Assembly: GCA_020718085.1 (NCBI GenBank)
Contig: DYDB01000001.1
Location: 47,384-111,383, forward strand
Source: Micavibrio sp.
GTDB lineage: Bacteria > Patescibacteriota > Minisyncoccia > Moranbacterales > GCA-2747515
DNA: 64,000 nucleotides
Reading direction: 5' to 3'
A program made the translations under genes and the position numbers. How positions within the stretch are numbered: the stretch's first letter is position 1; the number at the start of each line of letters is the position of its first letter. Positions 9,812-18,846 of this stretch are shown here, piece by piece. The notes below the pieces were generated by a model that had not been told where the DNA came from, searched no databases, and worked only from the letters and a program-made list of their open reading frames with translations.

Positions 9812-10249
9812 ATGAAAAAGACCCTGGTGTTGCTGGTTGGGATGTGCGTAGCAGGTTGGGTGGCGAGCGCTTCTGCGGTGGACTTCGTGCAAACGGATGG
9901 AGCGATCTGTAAGGATCGCCCGTTCTCAGGCATGGTCACCAAGGCTGTGCTTGAAGTCGGTCCTTCCGATGCAATCGAAGTGATCGATCGCGGCGCAGAG
10001 TTCAAGAAGCCGGCCGCACGCTTCAAGGCCAAGCGTATCCGAATTGAAGAGGACGGCATTGCGTATCCGCTCATGGATAGCAATGACAAAAAATGCGTCG
10101 CCACAACCGCATCTGCGATGTTTGAAGAGCGAGAAGTGGAAGCCGGACTTCTCATGCCTGGCGAAAAGCTTCGTGCCCTAAGCGTCACGGATGAAGGTCG
10201 CAACAAGATCGGCGAATACAAGACGGTCCAGGTCTGGATCATCGAGTAA
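9812..10249 (+). CDS. Small secreted protein of unknown function, paralogue of 8864-9628
   Basis: RBS aaggagg. Signal peptide MKKTLVLLVGMCVAGWVASASA. Shares the Cys-bracketed domain with the upstream ORF. Confidence 0.6.
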   Translation: MKKTLVLLVGMCVAGWVASASAVDFVQTDGAICKDRPFSGMVTKAVLEVGPSDAIEVIDRGAEFKKPAARFKAKRIRIEEDGIAYPLMDSNDKKCVATTASAMFEEREVEAGLLMPGEKLRALSVTDEGRNKIGEYKTVQVWIIE

Positions 10250-10261
10250 GCGCCGGTAACA

Positions 10262-10310
10262 AGGGTGTTGCAAGAATGCTATAATGGCAAACTTGCAACA
10301 CCCTTTTTTC
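10262..10310 (+). terminator. Rho-independent terminator
   Basis: agggtgttgcaag...cttgcaacaccct: a 13-bp perfect stem followed by TTTTTT. Confidence 0.8.
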
Positions 10311-10371
10311 ATTATAAAATATATCTATTTATCTTTTTTCAAACAGTAAGTAATGATCTAATAACATACAT

Positions 10372-10480
10372 GTCTTTGCGAGGAGCGGAACGAAATATAG
10401 CGACGAAGCAACCTTTGGTCATTGTATAAAAATATAACATATTAGTATGGGATTGCTTCGTTGTCTCTCCTCGCAAAGAC
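10372..10480. repeat. MITE-like repeat, family A (TIR gtctttgcgaggag...acgaagcaa / ttgcttcgt...ctcctcgcaaagac)
   Basis: A 109-bp element with about 30-bp terminal inverted repeats. Related copies lie at 49047-49204 and 58552-58649. Confidence 0.6.
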
Positions 10481-10631
10481 AACTAGATGAAAAGTTTTTT
10501 GGACTGCCACGAATACAAGTTATCCTTGCAGAGACAAAAAGGCGTCTTCGCGAAGTCGCTTTGCGACTGTGGCGAACTAGAGAACTTACATCATTTCACA
10601 TTTTGTACGTTAAATGCACTATCGAAATTGA

Positions 10632-10660
10632 TTGACAAAATATGAAAAATATGATATAAT
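10632..10660 (+). promoter_or_regulatory. Consensus sigma70-type promoter (TTGACA-17-TATAAT)
   Basis: TTGACA at 10632-10637, a 17-nt spacer, and TATAAT at 10655-10660. Lies about 135 nt upstream of the lipoprotein gene. Confidence 0.65.
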
Positions 10661-10797
10661 TGCAAGTTATGTGAATAGTTGTGTATAAAGATCAAAAACG
10701 CTTCTGTGCATAAGAATTTGTGCCCACAAGCGTGATCTTTATCAAAGATCACATGAGGTTTGTAAACTTAAAAATTTAGCCAATGGAGGTTGGTGAT

Positions 10798-11787
10798 ATG
10801 AGATACTACGTTATGTATGTGTTCTGTTGTCTCGTATTGTTGTCCGGTTGTGCCGCTGGAAACCAGGGTAAGGTGCCCAGTTTTGCAATGGTGCAGGGAG
10901 AACAAGGTGTTGCTCTGCCGCATCCCGATGCGGTGGAAGATAAAAACAAGGGGGAGACGCTCGTAACATTTACGGCGATCATTCCACCAGAATTTATTGT
11001 TGAAACACGGGGAACGCTCAAATCCGTGTATCCACTGGTGGGTGCACATATGAGTGATCCGAGCAAAAAGATCGAGGACGGCTTCTGCTATATTGAGGGA
11101 AGTAAAGCACTCTACAAAAATCCGTGGGGACTTATTCCCGCGGTATGTACTGTGACTGGTACAAAGAAGCAATTCGAGAAGTACCGTTGGACAATTGTCA
11201 ATCAAGATGGTGGTGTGTGGGCGACTTCGCCAACAGCAACCGCGATGATCGACGACAAGCAGTGGGACTTCATGAAATTCGAAAATGATTTCACACATCG
11301 CACGGAAGTTTTGACCAAGGTTGGTGATACTCTTTATGAGATCAACGAGTTCTGGAAGGAACGGTACCGTGAACTTGGGCAAGTTCCCAAGAACGATGTA
11401 TATGAGATCGTGATCGATCCTAAAAACCCAAAATGGCAAGCATATCGTGAGAAGCTTATCAAAGAGATGGGTTTTTCGATTGCATTGCCAAACGGTGAGC
11501 CTGTCGTGTCGACGGTTGACCGTGACAAGATGGTTGAGATCCTTGCTGAAGTACCACGTGTGACAAAATGGCAGAAGATGGTGTCACATTTGGGCGTGTC
11601 AATTGGCACGCCGGAGGTCATGGCGATCTCTGCTGCAAGCAGCATATTAAACGGCGGTATAGCTGCGTTGTTCGACAACCAGCTTTATACAAATACGGCC
11701 AGAGGTCTCGCACAGCGACGTGATTTTGCGCCGCATATGAGATTTTGGTACGATGAAGTTCAACAAGCAATGAGGAGCAGACAATGA
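10798..11787 (+). CDS. Lipoprotein of unknown function
   Basis: RBS ggagg. Signal peptide with lipobox LLSGC. Stop overlaps the start of the next ORF (ATGA). Confidence 0.6.
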   Translation: MRYYVMYVFCCLVLLSGCAAGNQGKVPSFAMVQGEQGVALPHPDAVEDKNKGETLVTFTAIIPPEFIVETRGTLKSVYPLVGAHMSDPSKKIEDGFCYIEGSKALYKNPWGLIPAVCTVTGTKKQFEKYRWTIVNQDGGVWATSPTATAMIDDKQWDFMKFENDFTHRTEVLTKVGDTLYEINEFWKERYRELGQVPKNDVYEIVIDPKNPKWQAYREKLIKEMGFSIALPNGEPVVSTVDRDKMVEILAEVPRVTKWQKMVSHLGVSIGTPEVMAISAASSILNGGIAALFDNQLYTNTARGLAQRRDFAPHMRFWYDEVQQAMRSRQ

Positions 11788-13181
11788 GAACACGAACTTT
11801 TCTATCGGCATTGTTGCTTTGTGTTGTGGGTGCTGTTAGTGCCTTCGCACAGAGCGGATCTGACACGTTGGGACTTTCTTCCAATGTTGTTTCAACACTC
11901 AACAAGTCTTCCGTATGTGCCACTGTGGTGCAGACGGGAGAGAAAATCACCTTTGCCAATGTTGGCGGGGTGAAAGTCGGCAAAACCGATAGTGGTATCT
12001 GGATGCAATTTATCGCATTCCAAGACAAACTCCCGTTCAAAGGAGCAAATGCCATTATCGCAAAAGGTGGAAACATTGAGCGCAAGGTTGTAGATGTCAT
12101 GCCCTGTGAAGGAAATGCATCAATTGCAATCGCATCAATGACCACCGAACCGGCACGCATTGCGCGACCGAATCGCCGAGTTGCGGAGGAGTTATCTGCA
12201 GCGCAAACCCAAAATGTGGGAGCGCAACGGCAGATCATGCCAAAAGCACTTCCGCAAGGCGTGGAAGAGGTTGAGCGTGAAGTTGCAAAACTTTTCCCGC
12301 AAGATGAAGTTGTAGAAGATAGTGGTCCAAAACCGGTCGTCGCTTACGATAGTAAGAACGCCGCCGGTGAAGGATCTGTCTTTGACAATCTGGACGCAAA
12401 GGTTACAGTTACACGCATGGGTTCCATGAGTGGCAGTGATCGCAAGCGTGATGGGAAAAGCATTACTGTTGAAGGTACGTATTATCAACCGGCGTGGGAT
12501 GGTAAGGGTCGCATAGGCGCCCATGCCACTTACACCAATGGCGAAAGTAATAGCAAAAACCCCGCCAATGGTCGTACAACAAATACAGATTATTGGAAGG
12601 TTGGCGCTGGTGGTGTATCTGAGTATGAGTTTGCCCCCAATACAGATTTCGTTGTAGAGGGTGATCTGCTCTATCAGGACACCAAGAGTCGTATTCCAGC
12701 AAAAAATTTCCGCTCCCATCAAACGGAGTGGCAAGCAGATCTCGATCTGTCGATTGCCAGCGATGACAATCGGAAAAATGGCTATGCCTTATTTCCGTAT
12801 TGGGAAGTCGGTGCCAGGGCAATCAAGTCATTCGGTGTGGATTATTCCGACACCAGCAATAAGAATGACTGGTATGATAACAGTCGCTACAGCGTCTACG
12901 GTAATGTGGATCTCTATGATTTCCATGCTGGAGATGTATGGCGATTCACTCCAACTGCCGGTTTGGAAGGTGGGTACATGGTTGGGAAAAGTGCTTCTTT
13001 CATAGAGCCTGGACTCAGCATCAAAACCGCCTACAAAGGCAAAGAGATCCTCGAGACGGGTGTTGACTGGCGATTCCTCTCCGGAGATAATCGTTGGAAC
13101 GCATTTGGTACGATCAGACCACTGCGCATTGGACGCATTCTGTGGGCCGAAGGCACCGCAGATTACGAATCAAAACGTTAA
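11784..13181 (+). CDS. Secreted beta-rich protein (outer-membrane beta-barrel-like), function unknown
   Basis: Signal peptide ...AVSAFAQS. The C-terminal half is rich in alternating aromatic/Gly residues (YxY, WxV). Translationally coupled to the lipoprotein. Confidence 0.5.
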   Translation: MRTRTFLSALLLCVVGAVSAFAQSGSDTLGLSSNVVSTLNKSSVCATVVQTGEKITFANVGGVKVGKTDSGIWMQFIAFQDKLPFKGANAIIAKGGNIERKVVDVMPCEGNASIAIASMTTEPARIARPNRRVAEELSAAQTQNVGAQRQIMPKALPQGVEEVEREVAKLFPQDEVVEDSGPKPVVAYDSKNAAGEGSVFDNLDAKVTVTRMGSMSGSDRKRDGKSITVEGTYYQPAWDGKGRIGAHATYTNGESNSKNPANGRTTNTDYWKVGAGGVSEYEFAPNTDFVVEGDLLYQDTKSRIPAKNFRSHQTEWQADLDLSIASDDNRKNGYALFPYWEVGARAIKSFGVDYSDTSNKNDWYDNSRYSVYGNVDLYDFHAGDVWRFTPTAGLEGGYMVGKSASFIEPGLSIKTAYKGKEILETGVDWRFLSGDNRWNAFGTIRPLRIGRILWAEGTADYESKR

Positions 13182-13200
13182 GTAAAGACAAACCTCAACC

Positions 13201-13245
13201 GAAGCCGTGTAAACTTATAATAGTTTACACGGCTTCTTTCTTTTG
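13201..13245 (+). terminator. Rho-independent terminator
   Basis: gaagccgtgtaaact/tataat/agtttacacggcttc: a 15-bp perfect stem followed by tttcttttg. Confidence 0.85.
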
Positions 13246-13284
13246 TAGCGAAAAATTGATAAGATGAATGTGTGAGAGTCAATT

Positions 13285-13332
13285 GTCATTCCCGCGTAGC
13301 CTGCCTGCCGGTAGGCAGGGTCGGAATGACAA
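13285..13332. repeat. Family B repeat core (reverse orientation, palindromic)
   Basis: gcctgcctgccggtaggcagggtcggaatgac is the reverse complement of the B1/B2 core. It is flanked by a gtcattcc / ggaatgac inverted pair. Confidence 0.5.
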
Positions 13333-13402
13333 ATGTACAGATTTTTTATCAAATTATTCCGTATCAAAAATATAAATAAGGATTTAATGTAAACCAATTA
13401 TT

Positions 13403-13942
13403 GTGAAGAAAAAAATACTTTTAATTTCAGGTACGATCTTTGCACTTGTGTGTACAATGTATGCGGTCTTTTTGATGTGTGCTGCGAGTGTGGAGTATGG
13501 GATATTTCTTATACAAGAAGAACAATCGGATCATTATATAAAGATGCATGAAAAGATAAAACGTGTGGACATGCTGATGCAAAAAGAAATACCAGCATCT
13601 CTTGTAGTGATACAGACATCCAAAAAAATTTCAAACAGTGAAAAGATCACTATTATGGAGCAATTGCGCACCCTGGAGGAAGTTGCGGCGGAAATTGAGC
13701 GGGAAACAATGTACTATGATGAAGATAATACCGTACACATGTTCTTTCCACCGGAGGGGCGTACGGTAACGTATTTTCAGGAAGCGCGTAATACGCCACT
13801 GTATATTTCTCGGTGTGTACGAAGTATGGAGCAGGCGATCTTTGCAACTACTCTTGTCAAAGATCAAAAAAACATCGTACAGGAAAACATGATGTTGCTA
13901 CAAGAAGAATTGCGACGTTTGTCAGTGATATCAAATTATTAG
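13403..13942 (+). CDS. Hypothetical membrane-anchored protein
   Basis: 179-aa ORF with an N-terminal TM helix. No recognisable motifs. Confidence 0.45.
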   Translation: MKKKILLISGTIFALVCTMYAVFLMCAASVEYGIFLIQEEQSDHYIKMHEKIKRVDMLMQKEIPASLVVIQTSKKISNSEKITIMEQLRTLEEVAAEIERETMYYDEDNTVHMFFPPEGRTVTYFQEARNTPLYISRCVRSMEQAIFATTLVKDQKNIVQENMMLLQEELRRLSVISNY

Positions 13943-13966
13943 AGAAGTATTATGTGTTATTCGTCT

Positions 13967-14050
13967 TTGCGCCTGCCCGTCCTCTGGCGGGAGGAGTTTA
14001 CGACGAAGTTTACCTGCCGGCTGGCAGGCAATCTTGAGCAGCGATCACAC
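13967..14050. repeat. Degenerate hybrid of repeat families A and B
   Basis: gtctttgcg...cctgccggctggcaggcaatcttgagca combines the family A TIR with family B and A3-like cores. Confidence 0.35.
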
Positions 14051-14076
14051 ACCAAGTGAGTGATTTGAATAAACGC

Positions 14077-15447
14077 CTAAAGAAGGTGTCTATTTTTAGT
14101 TGTTCCATAACAGGAAAGTGCACAAGCAACAAGTGTCCATAAAAACCACTGCACTGCAGTACCGCGCCAAATATTTGAGCTCATACCAAAACCGATTTGC
14201 GCGATAAAAAGCAAAATGATCACAAGGACGAAGAGTCGTTCGTTACTCAATGGAAGTGATCGGTAAGTTCTGATGAGGTGTACAAGTGTCATGCCCAAAA
14301 GAAATGTGAAAAGTCCAAAACCGATAAGGCCGGTTTCCTGCAGCACTTTGATCATGTCATTGTGCGTATAGGGATTGCCTGCATAATAGCCTTGTTCTTT
14401 TTCAAATATGGCAATCTCTGTTCCGGCGCCATAGCCAAATGTTGGGGAAAGTTGCCATGCGGCAATGGCATTTTTCCATTGTTGTATACGCCAGCGAATT
14501 GAGCTGTCTGCCGGAGGGTTGTAGATCTCTTCGATGCGATCATGCACGGTTTGTGATGCAAAGAACAATGCAACGGCAATGGCACATGTGATAAAAAGGA
14601 TCTTTGGTGCACGGAGGAGACTGAACAGTGCAAAAAATAATATAAAAGCAAACCATCCACCACGACTGAATGTCAAAAGCAAAATAGTGATCGTGATCAG
14701 TAAAAGTGCAATTGTGGCATTGCGATTTTGCAATTGAGCGAACTTTTCGAATGAACGATATGTGAGCAGAGCAACAATGATCAAAAGAAATGAAGCAAAC
14801 GAATTAGGGTGTTTAAATGTGCCAAAAAGACGACCTTCTGTGCCGGTGTTGTCGCTGTATCCTGTGCTTGTGGCAAGTTGAAAGATCGCAAAAATGAGAG
14901 GGAGGATCGATGCGATGATAACGGACGTGAGGATCGTTGTGCGTGCGTGCGGCATTTTTTCACAAAGTATGTATGCGCTGAAAAATGCGGCAAATATACT
15001 GATGAGTCGCAATGTTTCCTGAAATGTTGCTCCCTTGTCGATTGAATAAAATACGCTGATAGCGGAAAATAAAATGAAGAGTCCAAAAGAGACGATGAGC
15101 GGTTTGTGGGAAAGTTTGGTGTAATTTGTTATAATGAGCGCAGTGCTCATGATGATGAGCATGATGCCCAGAATTGCGGCAATATTGAGTGTAACAGTTT
15201 CGGAAAGCGAAACGGAAAAAAAACTATCCAGAAAATCTACAGATGCACGCATGGTGAGCAATGCAATAAAACCCCACAAGGGTTTGTAAAAGAAGATTGT
15301 GGTGATCAGGTAAAGTATGGCCATGCCGCCCGTGACGACAGCAGGTAAAAGAAAAGAGATGTGCAAGATCAAGATCACAACAAAACCAATGATGAGAATG
15401 ATCCCTGTTGTTTTATGTGATATGATCGAGAGATCACTGCTTTTCAT
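14077..15447 (-). CDS. O-antigen ligase/polymerase family membrane protein (Wzy/WaaL-like)
   Basis: More than 10 predicted TM helices. A periplasmic loop carries SRGGWFAFILF, the typical O-antigen ligase signature. Confidence 0.7.
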   Translation of the reverse strand: MKSSDLSIISHKTTGIILIIGFVVILILHISFLLPAVVTGGMAILYLITTIFFYKPLWGFIALLTMRASVDFLDSFFSVSLSETVTLNIAAILGIMLIIMSTALIITNYTKLSHKPLIVSFGLFILFSAISVFYSIDKGATFQETLRLISIFAAFFSAYILCEKMPHARTTILTSVIIASILPLIFAIFQLATSTGYSDNTGTEGRLFGTFKHPNSFASFLLIIVALLTYRSFEKFAQLQNRNATIALLLITITILLLTFSRGGWFAFILFFALFSLLRAPKILFITCAIAVALFFASQTVHDRIEEIYNPPADSSIRWRIQQWKNAIAAWQLSPTFGYGAGTEIAIFEKEQGYYAGNPYTHNDMIKVLQETGLIGFGLFTFLLGMTLVHLIRTYRSLPLSNERLFVLVIILLFIAQIGFGMSSNIWRGTAVQWFLWTLVACALSCYGTTKNRHLL

Positions 15448-15512
15448 AGAAAAAAATTATTCCTTAGTTTTTTTGTATTGCTTTATTATAGCATGAATGA
15501 GATGATAAATAT

Positions 15513-16781
15513 ATGAAAATTTTACAAATACATAAATATTATAGTAGAAAGCGCGGTGGCGGATCAGTCTCGGCTTTTTTTGAAACCAAAGAATTACTTG
15601 AATCCATGGGGCATGAAGTGATGGTTTTTTCCATGCATGATGCGGACAATGAATATGCGCGAGAAAGTGCATTTTTTGCAGCACATTTTGATATTCGCAC
15701 CGCCAAAGGCATGTGGCAAAAAATGCGTCTTTTGCCGCGTGTTCTGTACAATCGTGAGGCGATGCAAAAATTGGATCTGTTGCTCCAAAAGAAAAAGCCG
15801 GATGTTGCACATGTGCACAACATTTATCATTATTTGACGCCGGGTATTTTTCGCGTGCTCAAGAAACATCATATCCCGATCGTCTTTAAATTATCGGATT
15901 ACCATGCAATTTGCCCAAATTATAAATTGTTCTCACATGGCAAGATTGATCATTCGTGTAAAAATGGATCATATTATAAGTTATTTTTCAATCGATCGAT
16001 CGGAAACTCATGGAGTGAGAGTTTTGTGGGCATGATCGAGGGGTATGTGAATAAGTGGTGCAAATTTTATCAAAATGTTGATGTATTTACAGCGCCGAGT
16101 GAGTTTATGCGCGACTTGTGTGTGACGTATGGCGTGCCAAAAAAGAAGATCCATATTTTGCGCAACGTATTGAATTTTCACGCATATCCTACACACACTG
16201 TACAAAAAGATCATTTTTTTCTTTATATGGGGCGCATTGCCGAAGAAAAAGGTTTACCGGTTCTGATCGCTGCAATGAAAATACTCAAGGATAAAAATGT
16301 TCTGGGTGAGTGGCGATGTGTGATTGCCGGGAAAGGACCGGAAGAAGAACGTCTGCGTTTGCTAGTGCACAGTGAAGATCTTGAAGATGTAGTAAACTTT
16401 TCGGGATTTTATCCCAAAGGAAGTCATGAATGGTTTGCACTTATGCAGAGAGCAGCTGTCGCTGTGTTACCATCTGTGTGGTATGATAATTCACCGATTG
16501 CAATTTCAGAATCCATGGCCTGTGCAACCCCTGTTATCGTCTCTGATGCTGGAGGTACGAAGGAAATGATCCAAGATGGAGAAAGTGGTTTGATATTCCA
16601 CTCTGAAGACAGTGAGGACCTTGCACAAAAAATGCAACAATTTATCGATGATCCGTCGCTATGTGATCGCATGGGTGCAGAGGCACGAGAACGTGTTTTT
16701 GTGATCAATAATGAAAAAAATTATTACACGCAGCTGATGCAAATTTATCATGCGGCCATTCACAAAAACACACATGAATAA
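15513..16781 (+). CDS. Glycosyltransferase family 4 (GT-B fold)
   Basis: C-terminal EX7E-type region (EEKGLPVLIAAMKIL...PSVWYDNSPIAISESMACATPVIVSDAGGTKEMI). Confidence 0.8.
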   Translation: MKILQIHKYYSRKRGGGSVSAFFETKELLESMGHEVMVFSMHDADNEYARESAFFAAHFDIRTAKGMWQKMRLLPRVLYNREAMQKLDLLLQKKKPDVAHVHNIYHYLTPGIFRVLKKHHIPIVFKLSDYHAICPNYKLFSHGKIDHSCKNGSYYKLFFNRSIGNSWSESFVGMIEGYVNKWCKFYQNVDVFTAPSEFMRDLCVTYGVPKKKIHILRNVLNFHAYPTHTVQKDHFFLYMGRIAEEKGLPVLIAAMKILKDKNVLGEWRCVIAGKGPEEERLRLLVHSEDLEDVVNFSGFYPKGSHEWFALMQRAAVAVLPSVWYDNSPIAISESMACATPVIVSDAGGTKEMIQDGESGLIFHSEDSEDLAQKMQQFIDDPSLCDRMGAEARERVFVINNEKNYYTQLMQIYHAAIHKNTHE

Positions 16782-16785
16782 CTTT

Positions 16786-18078
16786 ATGACAAAAAAAAAT
16801 ATACGCAAAGTCGCTGATATGGCACATCAGGTCATGATTGGCGGAAAGGCGGGGGAGCGCACAATGCGATTTGCGAAAGATCTTTCCATCACACTTTTGG
16901 GAGGATTGGGCGCTTTTGTTTTGCTATTTGTGGCAAATATTGTGGTAGCACGTGTTTTGGGGCCGGAAGAATATGGAAGATACGCTGTTTTTTTTGCGAT
17001 CGCGCAGGTCGTATCCTTGCTCTATGTACTAGAGCTTGATGTGTCTGCTCTCTATTTTCTTGCAAGTAAAGATATTCACAAGAAAGAGATCACAGCATCG
17101 ATCATGATGATGTTCGGGATCAACATTGTGGTTTTTACATTTTTGGCATGGAGTGCTTTTTATTTTTTCAATTTTACACAAGTGACACAAAATGTTCTTG
17201 TGGGTGCGTTGGGATTTGCGATCGTGCTTTCCGTGAAGCGTATGATCGATGCGTTCTTGCGTGCAGATGAACAATTTATGCATCAAGCATTTTTACGTTT
17301 AGGAGAAGGTGTGGTGGTCATTGTGACTCTGGGTGTTTTTTTAGGGTTGTTGGTGCAACGAACTTTTGTGAGCTATGCAGGTTCATTAGTTATTGGAGGT
17401 GTGATATTTTCGATCATTGGCAGTATGTACATACGACATTTTTTTACAGTCAGAGGATGGACCGCGAAACGTATGAACGATATCTTTCGATATAACATTT
17501 TTGGACTTATAAATGCGATCATCAATGGTATTGTGAAAAATGCGGATACATTAGTGATTGCCGCAGTACTTGGTACGAAAACAGCGGGTATTTATGCCAT
17601 TTATTTTACTGCATCGGTTGTGATCGGTGCACGTGTGACACAATTGTTCATCAATGTTTTTTTTCCATCGATACGTACGCATGTAGATCAGATACAGAAT
17701 GTGATCCGCAAAGTGGATCGTATGTTTGTACGCATGTTCTTGCCACTTGTATTTTGTGCAAGCTGTGGTGTTGCCGTGATCATTTTATTGTATGGTGATG
17801 CATATCCGTTCATGTGGCAGTGGATTGTGTTAGGGGGCATATATATAGCTGTGCATTTCTTTGCATCATTGTATGGATGGATCCTATCCAGCATGTCACA
17901 AAAAGGGTACAAGCAATACAACCAATCGTACATGTATGGTTTTATCGTTTATGCGGGTATTATTGCGGGAACATATTACATGCATGCATTGACGATCGTC
18001 ACGTTTTTGATCGCACTTATTTTTTATCGCATTATGGGAGGTGCTGTAGCATATTTATATGTGAAGCAAAAGATCTAG
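16786..18078 (+). CDS. Polysaccharide biosynthesis protein / Wzx-like flippase (MOP superfamily)
   Basis: About 12 TM helices throughout and a glycan-cluster context. The start is uncertain; I chose an internal Met after the GT4 stop. Confidence 0.6.
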   Translation: MTKKNIRKVADMAHQVMIGGKAGERTMRFAKDLSITLLGGLGAFVLLFVANIVVARVLGPEEYGRYAVFFAIAQVVSLLYVLELDVSALYFLASKDIHKKEITASIMMMFGINIVVFTFLAWSAFYFFNFTQVTQNVLVGALGFAIVLSVKRMIDAFLRADEQFMHQAFLRLGEGVVVIVTLGVFLGLLVQRTFVSYAGSLVIGGVIFSIIGSMYIRHFFTVRGWTAKRMNDIFRYNIFGLINAIINGIVKNADTLVIAAVLGTKTAGIYAIYFTASVVIGARVTQLFINVFFPSIRTHVDQIQNVIRKVDRMFVRMFLPLVFCASCGVAVIILLYGDAYPFMWQWIVLGGIYIAVHFFASLYGWILSSMSQKGYKQYNQSYMYGFIVYAGIIAGTYYMHALTIVTFLIALIFYRIMGGAVAYLYVKQKI

Positions 18079-18149
18079 TTTTTGCGCACAAAATATACTA
18101 TGTGGTATAATTATTCATGTAATTAATTTTTGTTGGAAAAAACAATATT

Positions 18150-18614
18150 ATGAGAACAAAAAATACACGCAGAGGGTTTACGCTTATAGAATTGTTGATC
18201 ATTATAGCGATCATTGGTCTTTTGGCGGCAAATATTTTGGTGGCACTTTCTGCCGCAAAAGTGAAAGCAAATCGAACGGCTGCATATGCGGAGGCACGAC
18301 ACGTATTGTCAAAAATTGAGGAATGCACGCTCGCAAAAAGTCCTATGACTATTCCAAATGCAAACAATTCGGTATGTCCCGCATCGGAGAATGTAAAATG
18401 GCCTGATCTTACAAAATATGACTTTGCGTATACTGCACGTGCTTATTCGGATGGATTAGGTCAATACTATTTTTCCATCTATCGTACAGATGGTGCTGTG
18501 CCGCCAAGTGCCCATAATAATGAGATTTTCTGTTGTAAGAAAGATGGTTGTGATGTCATAACTGATTCAACACCCGGATCAGGTAATACATGTGCAACAC
18601 ATGCAGGATTTTAA
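18150..18614 (+). CDS. Type IV pilin / pseudopilin (prepilin-type N-terminal cleavage/methylation domain)
   Basis: RRGFTLIELLIIIAIIGLLAA is the class III signal peptide and conserved N-terminal helix. Cys pairs in the C-terminal part. Confidence 0.7.
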   Translation: MRTKNTRRGFTLIELLIIIAIIGLLAANILVALSAAKVKANRTAAYAEARHVLSKIEECTLAKSPMTIPNANNSVCPASENVKWPDLTKYDFAYTARAYSDGLGQYYFSIYRTDGAVPPSAHNNEIFCCKKDGCDVITDSTPGSGNTCATHAGF

Positions 18615-18641
18615 GCATTAAATAGTAACTTAAGAAAATAT

Positions 18642-18782
18642 ATGATCGAAAAATTACGTGATTTTTTAGAAGAAAAGACAAATGGGGTTATTCACACCAA
18701 TCAGGAAGTCGTATACCTCTTGGTTGTGGTCGTTCTGGCTGTTGCGCTTGTGTTCAATCTCATGTACCGCATGAGCTTGTGA
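18642..18782 (+). CDS. Small hydrophobic protein (46 aa), hypothetical
   Basis: ATG-initiated ORF with one TM helix (VVYLLVVVVLAVALVF). Ends just before the terminator. Confidence 0.3.
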   Translation: MIEKLRDFLEEKTNGVIHTNQEVVYLLVVVVLAVALVFNLMYRMSL

Positions 18783-18805
18783 TGGCATAAAGATGTCAAA
18801 AAAAT

Positions 18806-18846
18806 AAAAACACTCCGAAGAAATGGGAGTGTTTTTATTTTTTTAT
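18806..18846. terminator. Bidirectional rho-independent terminator
   Basis: aacactcc-gaagaaatg-ggagtgtt stem flanked by an A-run and a T-run. Lies between convergent 18642-18782 (+) and prfA (-). Confidence 0.8.

Noticed and set aside
10447-10635. 62-aa plus-strand ORF inside and just after MITE A1
   Set aside because: It starts within the repeat's inverted arm and overlaps the -35 region of the consensus promoter, with no RBS.
5199-12238. Multiple other antisense ORFs within long genes (e.g., 5199-5744, 11618-12238, 12192-12734, 34388-34838, 51962-52501, 60110-60673)
   Set aside because: Each is nested in a gene with strong motif support on the opposite strand, and each lacks an RBS and has biased composition.
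16750-16785. Upstream start (MRPFTKTHMNNF) for the Wzx-like gene, overlapping the GT4 3' end
   Set aside because: An internal Met just after the GT4 stop gives a conventional arrangement, but the true start remains uncertain.
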